Shown here: positions 52,293 to 64,000 of the stretch, piece by piece
How positions within the stretch are numbered: the first letter of the stretch is position 1
Layout of the letters: each line of letters begins with the position of its first letter
Assembly: GCF_009914755.1 (NCBI RefSeq)
Contig: NC_060947.1
DNA length: 64,000 bases
DNA from: the human T2T-CHM13v2.0 reference genome, Homo sapiens
Strand: one strand, 5' to 3'
Program-made: the position numbers and the translations under genes
The notes under the pieces: model-generated
Seen by the model: only the letters and a program-made list of their open reading frames with translations
The model's database searches: none
Told to the model about the DNA's origin: nothing

Positions 52293-53290
52293 CCTATAAA
52301 TAAAAGAATTTATTTCTAGAATTTGAACTCAGTTTCATTAATGTATAATGTCTAGCCTTATGAAAGTACCACACCATCTTGACTACCATAGTTTGACAGT
52401 TTCTTTTAAAAAATTGGAAAGTGAAAGCCCTCCATCATTTTTCTTCTTTTTTGTTCAAAATAGTTTTGGCTACTCTGAGCCTCTTGCATTTCCACATAAA
52501 TTTTATAATAACGTTGTCAATTTCTGCAAAGAAAACACCTTTATGAATTTTAAAAGAGAATACATTGAATCAGTAGATCAATCTGGGGAGAATTGGCATT
52601 TTAACAGTATCAAGTTTTCCAATGCATAAACAAATTCTTTTCATTTATTTTTCTTTAATTTCTCAAAGGCTTATTTCACTTACTGCAATGTCCTCCAGTT
52701 TCATTCTTGTTGCTGCAAATCACAGAGTTTCATTCTTTTCTATGGCTGAATAACATTCCATTGTGTATATGTATCACATCTTTTTCCATTCACTTACTGA
52801 TGAACATTTGGGTTGCTTCCATGTCTTGGCTAATACTGCAATGAACATGAGTGTGCAAATACCCCTTTAAGATCCTGCTTTCTACTTTTTTATTTGTTTT
52901 GCAAAGGGTTATGTTTAATAGAATCTTCAGACAGATTTCCCACCTTTCCACACCACCTCTCCCTTTTCCTTCAGGCTTATTCAAGCTTTCATTCCACGTG
53001 TAAGTAACAGATTAAATACCTTACAAGATATAGCACAGTTGATATTGAAGAATAAGGAGTCTACTCTCATTTTAAAAGTATTAAGCATTGGAATTCCCCT
53101 GACCCATGAAATAAAGCAAGTTTTATATACAATTCTTGTGCCTTTTTGTAACATTTTCTTACATAAATCTAAATATTTTACAATCAAGTTGTTTTTCTCC
53201 AAACATAAATTTGAGCAAAACAGATATCCAACCTGTGAACTTGTTTCTTCACTAAAATATAAATGCTATCCAATATTAAGAGTAAATGTC

Positions 53291-59195
<5,905 letters not shown>

Positions 59196-59339
59196 AAGAG
59201 TAAATGTCTTTTGACCACTAGAGATTACTGAAGTCTGAATTGCACTATAGAGAAGGCTCTTTTGTTTTCTGAGGTCTCCAGCAAGTATCTAGTGAGTACT
59301 TATAGAATCACTGCCCTCCAGGTCCCATGGCAATGCCTC

Positions 59340-60763
<1,424 letters not shown>

Positions 60764-62131
60764 CCTCCAAGTGATCAATCACTGAAGCAGCTGGGGGAAA
60801 ATGTTGAGTAAACTTGATTCTAAAATTGTGGAAATAAAAAATAAATCAGTTTTTAGTCTAGAATCAAACTACAAAAAAATCTGTGTTTATTTTTGAAGAC
60901 TTAAACCTGCTTTTTTCTCTCACAAATTATAATATAAAAGTTCCTGTTTTAATGACAAACTTCAAACAGTACTGAAAAAAGTTTGTGTCAATGCACAAAA
61001 AGAGTCAGTCCCTCTGGGCAGGGCCTCAAAGAGCACCACCCAGGTTGAACGGTGGTTTTCCTATTGCTGGGCCACAAGTGCCTTCCTATTGACCTTCACC
61101 TTCTCTAGACACTTGTTCAGGTGGCTGTGGGTCATCTCCATCTCCTCAATCTTGTCCAGTGCTGTTTATAAACCTCATTGTACTTTACCCTTTCTTACTT
61201 TAAGTTCACCTGCAACTTTCACTACTTTGCCTATTGGCATATGTCTGTATTTTGATGAACTGCAAATCTGAGTCTTTCTGCAGCTGCACCAGGTCACCTG
61301 CTGTACCATCATCCCTGGAGGACTCCTGCTATTGTTTCTCTTACTGCAACTTCAGTTTCCTAAACTGTGATGGTAGCTCTTCCTTTACTCCAGCAAGTTT
61401 TTGTATCTTTATATGGCCCCTTTCCTGCTGACCCCAAGACATGAGCAGCTTCCTGAGTCACAACAGTAATGGCTTCAACCACTGACTCATGATTGACATC
61501 ACCACTGCAAGTGCCATTGGGAATTATAACTAAGCAATGTTTACAATAAGTTCATCCCTTTGTCAAAGGGTTTAAGTTTATCCACTGTATGCTGCAGTGC
61601 ACTACACATATGTTTCTGTCTTTCTAACTTCTTTGATCATTCTTCATTATCTCTATAAAATTCCACCATCTGTTCATCCTGTTCTTCAAGAACAAGCTTG
61701 AAGGTATCTATGTGGTAGGCCAAATTGTTCTTGTTGAATAACTATGCACTGAAAACCATGGCTTTCTTATATTTCTCCTTCACTTTAGACAAAGACAGGT
61801 AACTCAATTAGGTGTCTGGATCTATTAAGCTGCTGATGTCCCCACTTCCTTATCTGGATCAATTTCCACTTAGGGTGTTTGTTGCAGAGCAGAATTTCAA
61901 GATAAAGGCCTTGCATAATTTTTAGCATATGGTTTGTCAGAGTTTTTATCCAACTCTTTTCATTGTTCCGGTTTGCTTATGTGTATATCTCTTGCTTTTG
62001 CCCAGGCAACTGATTTTACTGTCAGCCTCACCTCTGTCTTTTTGGCGTGTTACTCAAAACTTCATCTTCTGCAGAAAATCAGGCTTTCATGGATGTTTTC
62101 CTTCCAGAACCAGAAGTTTCCATCTTGTTTT

Positions 62132-62545
62132 CTTTTCTTTTTTTTTAGGTCTTCTGGTAGAACATTAAATTTATACTTAGACTAGGTTCTGGGCATTATG
62201 AAATTGGTATCCATATTTTCCCAATTAATTAATTTCTCCAAGTAACTAGTCCTAATACAAAGTTGGAGGTTCATTTTTTCCCCTAGGGTATGCGTTTATG
62301 ATTTGTAACTAGATACTGAGTATTAAAGGAAAATATAATTTGTTCTCCAAGTTTATATTATTGCTATGTTTACAATTTTTAAACAAAACCACAAATAGGT
62401 CACTAATATAGAAATGATTAAGACACCATGGTTATTAAAAATTATAAAGTAATGCTTTATCATGTGGACATTCTGGATTAGATTACTGAGATGAGATATC
62501 TTTCCATTACCTTACTTTATTGATGAGGACTCTAGGATCTGTCTC
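62132..62545 (-). mobile_element. Unidentified retroposed 414-bp insert with poly(A) tail and TSD
   Basis: TSD ccatcttgtttt at 62120-62131 and 62546-62557; T-tract at 62132-62146. Confidence 0.75.
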
Positions 62546-62926
62546 CCATCTTGTTTTTTCAATAGCCTTTTAACTCTGAAAGTAATTCCACTCTGCTTTC
62601 ACTATGACTCTGGACATCGGCTGTGATTGAGATGGGGCCATGGAAGTGTCAGCTTGTAACATGGTTCACCTGCAGGGGAAGGCGTAAAGGATCAGGGAAT
62701 AAGGGCAAGGGGCAAAGGGCCAGGGGCAAGGATGGGGGCCAAGCATGCAGTGAGTAAATTCAGTCCTCTCCAGGTAGGCTGGGCTAGAAGTGGCAGCTGC
62801 TGGCAACAGCTGGTGGTTAGTCAGTCACGCTGGTGTCCCCTCAGATCCCTAGCTGAGTCAACCGGTACTGCCGCCAGAGGACCTGCAGCCAAAGTGTCAG
62901 GTGGAGGAGGTGAAGGAGGGGCAAGT

Positions 62927-64000
62927 GATACCCTGTTTACAACGTCTTTGGATATATATTCAGAAGTGGGGTTGCTGGACCATGTGGCAGTTTTGGTTTT
63001 ACTTTTTTGATAAATTTCCATTCTATTTTCCATGGTGTCTTCACCAATTGTATTCCCACCAACATTGTATAAGAGTTTGCTTTTCTTCACATCTTTGCCA
63101 ACATTTTTTATCTTTATTTTTGGATAAAGGCCATCCTAACAGATGTGAGGTAACATCTCATTGTGATTTTGATTTTCATTTCTCTGAAGATTAGAGTTGT
63201 TGAATATCTTTTCATATATCTCTTGGCTATTGGTTTATCTTCTTTGGAGCAATGTATCTTTATTTCTTTTGCCCACTTTTTAATAGAATATTTTTGTGTG
63301 TATGTGTGGTTGATTTGAAAGAGTTTCTCTTTTGTTTTGGATATTAACTCTTTATCAGATATAATATATTGTTTACAAATAGCTTCTCTCATTACTTAGG
63401 TTGCCTTTTCATTTTGTTGGTTGGTTGCTTGCTTTGCAGAAGCTTTTTAGATTGACATATTCCTACTTGTCTATTTTTGCTTTTGTTGTGTGTGCTTTTG
63501 GTGTCATATTCAAGACATCATTGCCAAGACCAATGCCCAGAAGTTTTTTTCTTTATCTCGTTTCTAGGAGTTTTACAGTTTCAAGCCTTACATTTAAGTC
63601 TTTTATTAATTTTGGATTTATTTTTGTGTATGGTGTGAGATAATGGTCCAAGTTCATTCTTTTGCATATGGATATCTAGTTGTTTCAACATCATTTATTG
63701 AAGAGACTATCATTTCTCCATTGTGTATTCTTGGCATCAGTTGATCATATTTCTGTGGATTTATTTCTGGGTTCTCTAATTTGTTCCATTCATCTATGTC
63801 TCTATTTTTACATCAATATTATACTGTTTTGATTATTGTACCTTTATAACATATATTAAAATCCAGAGGTATGATGCTTCCAGCTTTATTCTTGCTCAAA
63901 ATTGCTTTGGTTATATGCAGCCAAAATATTTTGTGGTCCTTTGTGGTTCCATATAAATTTTAATTCTTTTCTATTTATGAAAAAACATTATTGGAATTTT
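62927..64000 (-). mobile_element. L1MA-type element hosting the LRRFIP2 retrocopy (continues at ~52670-52885)
   Basis: Antisense L1 3' region is collinear across the pseudogene: ...aagatcctgctttctac | ctttggatatatattcagaagtggg... Confidence 0.8.

Overview
Primate (very likely human) genomic DNA, not prokaryotic. The single intact gene is the intronless retrogene NAP1L2 (minus strand, 36552-37934, 460 aa), which places the window on Xq13. It lies in a ~5 kb largely repeat-free island within sequence saturated with LINE-1, LTR elements (MLT2A, MER11, MER4, THE1, MER67/MER77-like), Tigger1 and Alus. There are two processed pseudogenes. A full-length TOMM20 retrocopy (46452-49732) sits inside a 5'-inverted (twin-primed) L1. 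An LRRFIP2 short-isoform retrocopy (52886-62926, minus strand) has been stretched to ~10 kb by a near full-length L1, a MER4 LTR carrying an Alu, and a 414-bp unrecognised poly(A)-tailed insert whose target-site duplication (TSD) copies the start codon. Almost all ORF-track entries are repeat-derived. I see no evidence of a new multi-gene system. The best leads are the orphan 414-bp retroposed insert, cryptic splice signals in and below NAP1L2, and the nested or chimeric L1 structures. Repeat subfamily names come from recalled consensus sequences, so names and boundaries are approximate.
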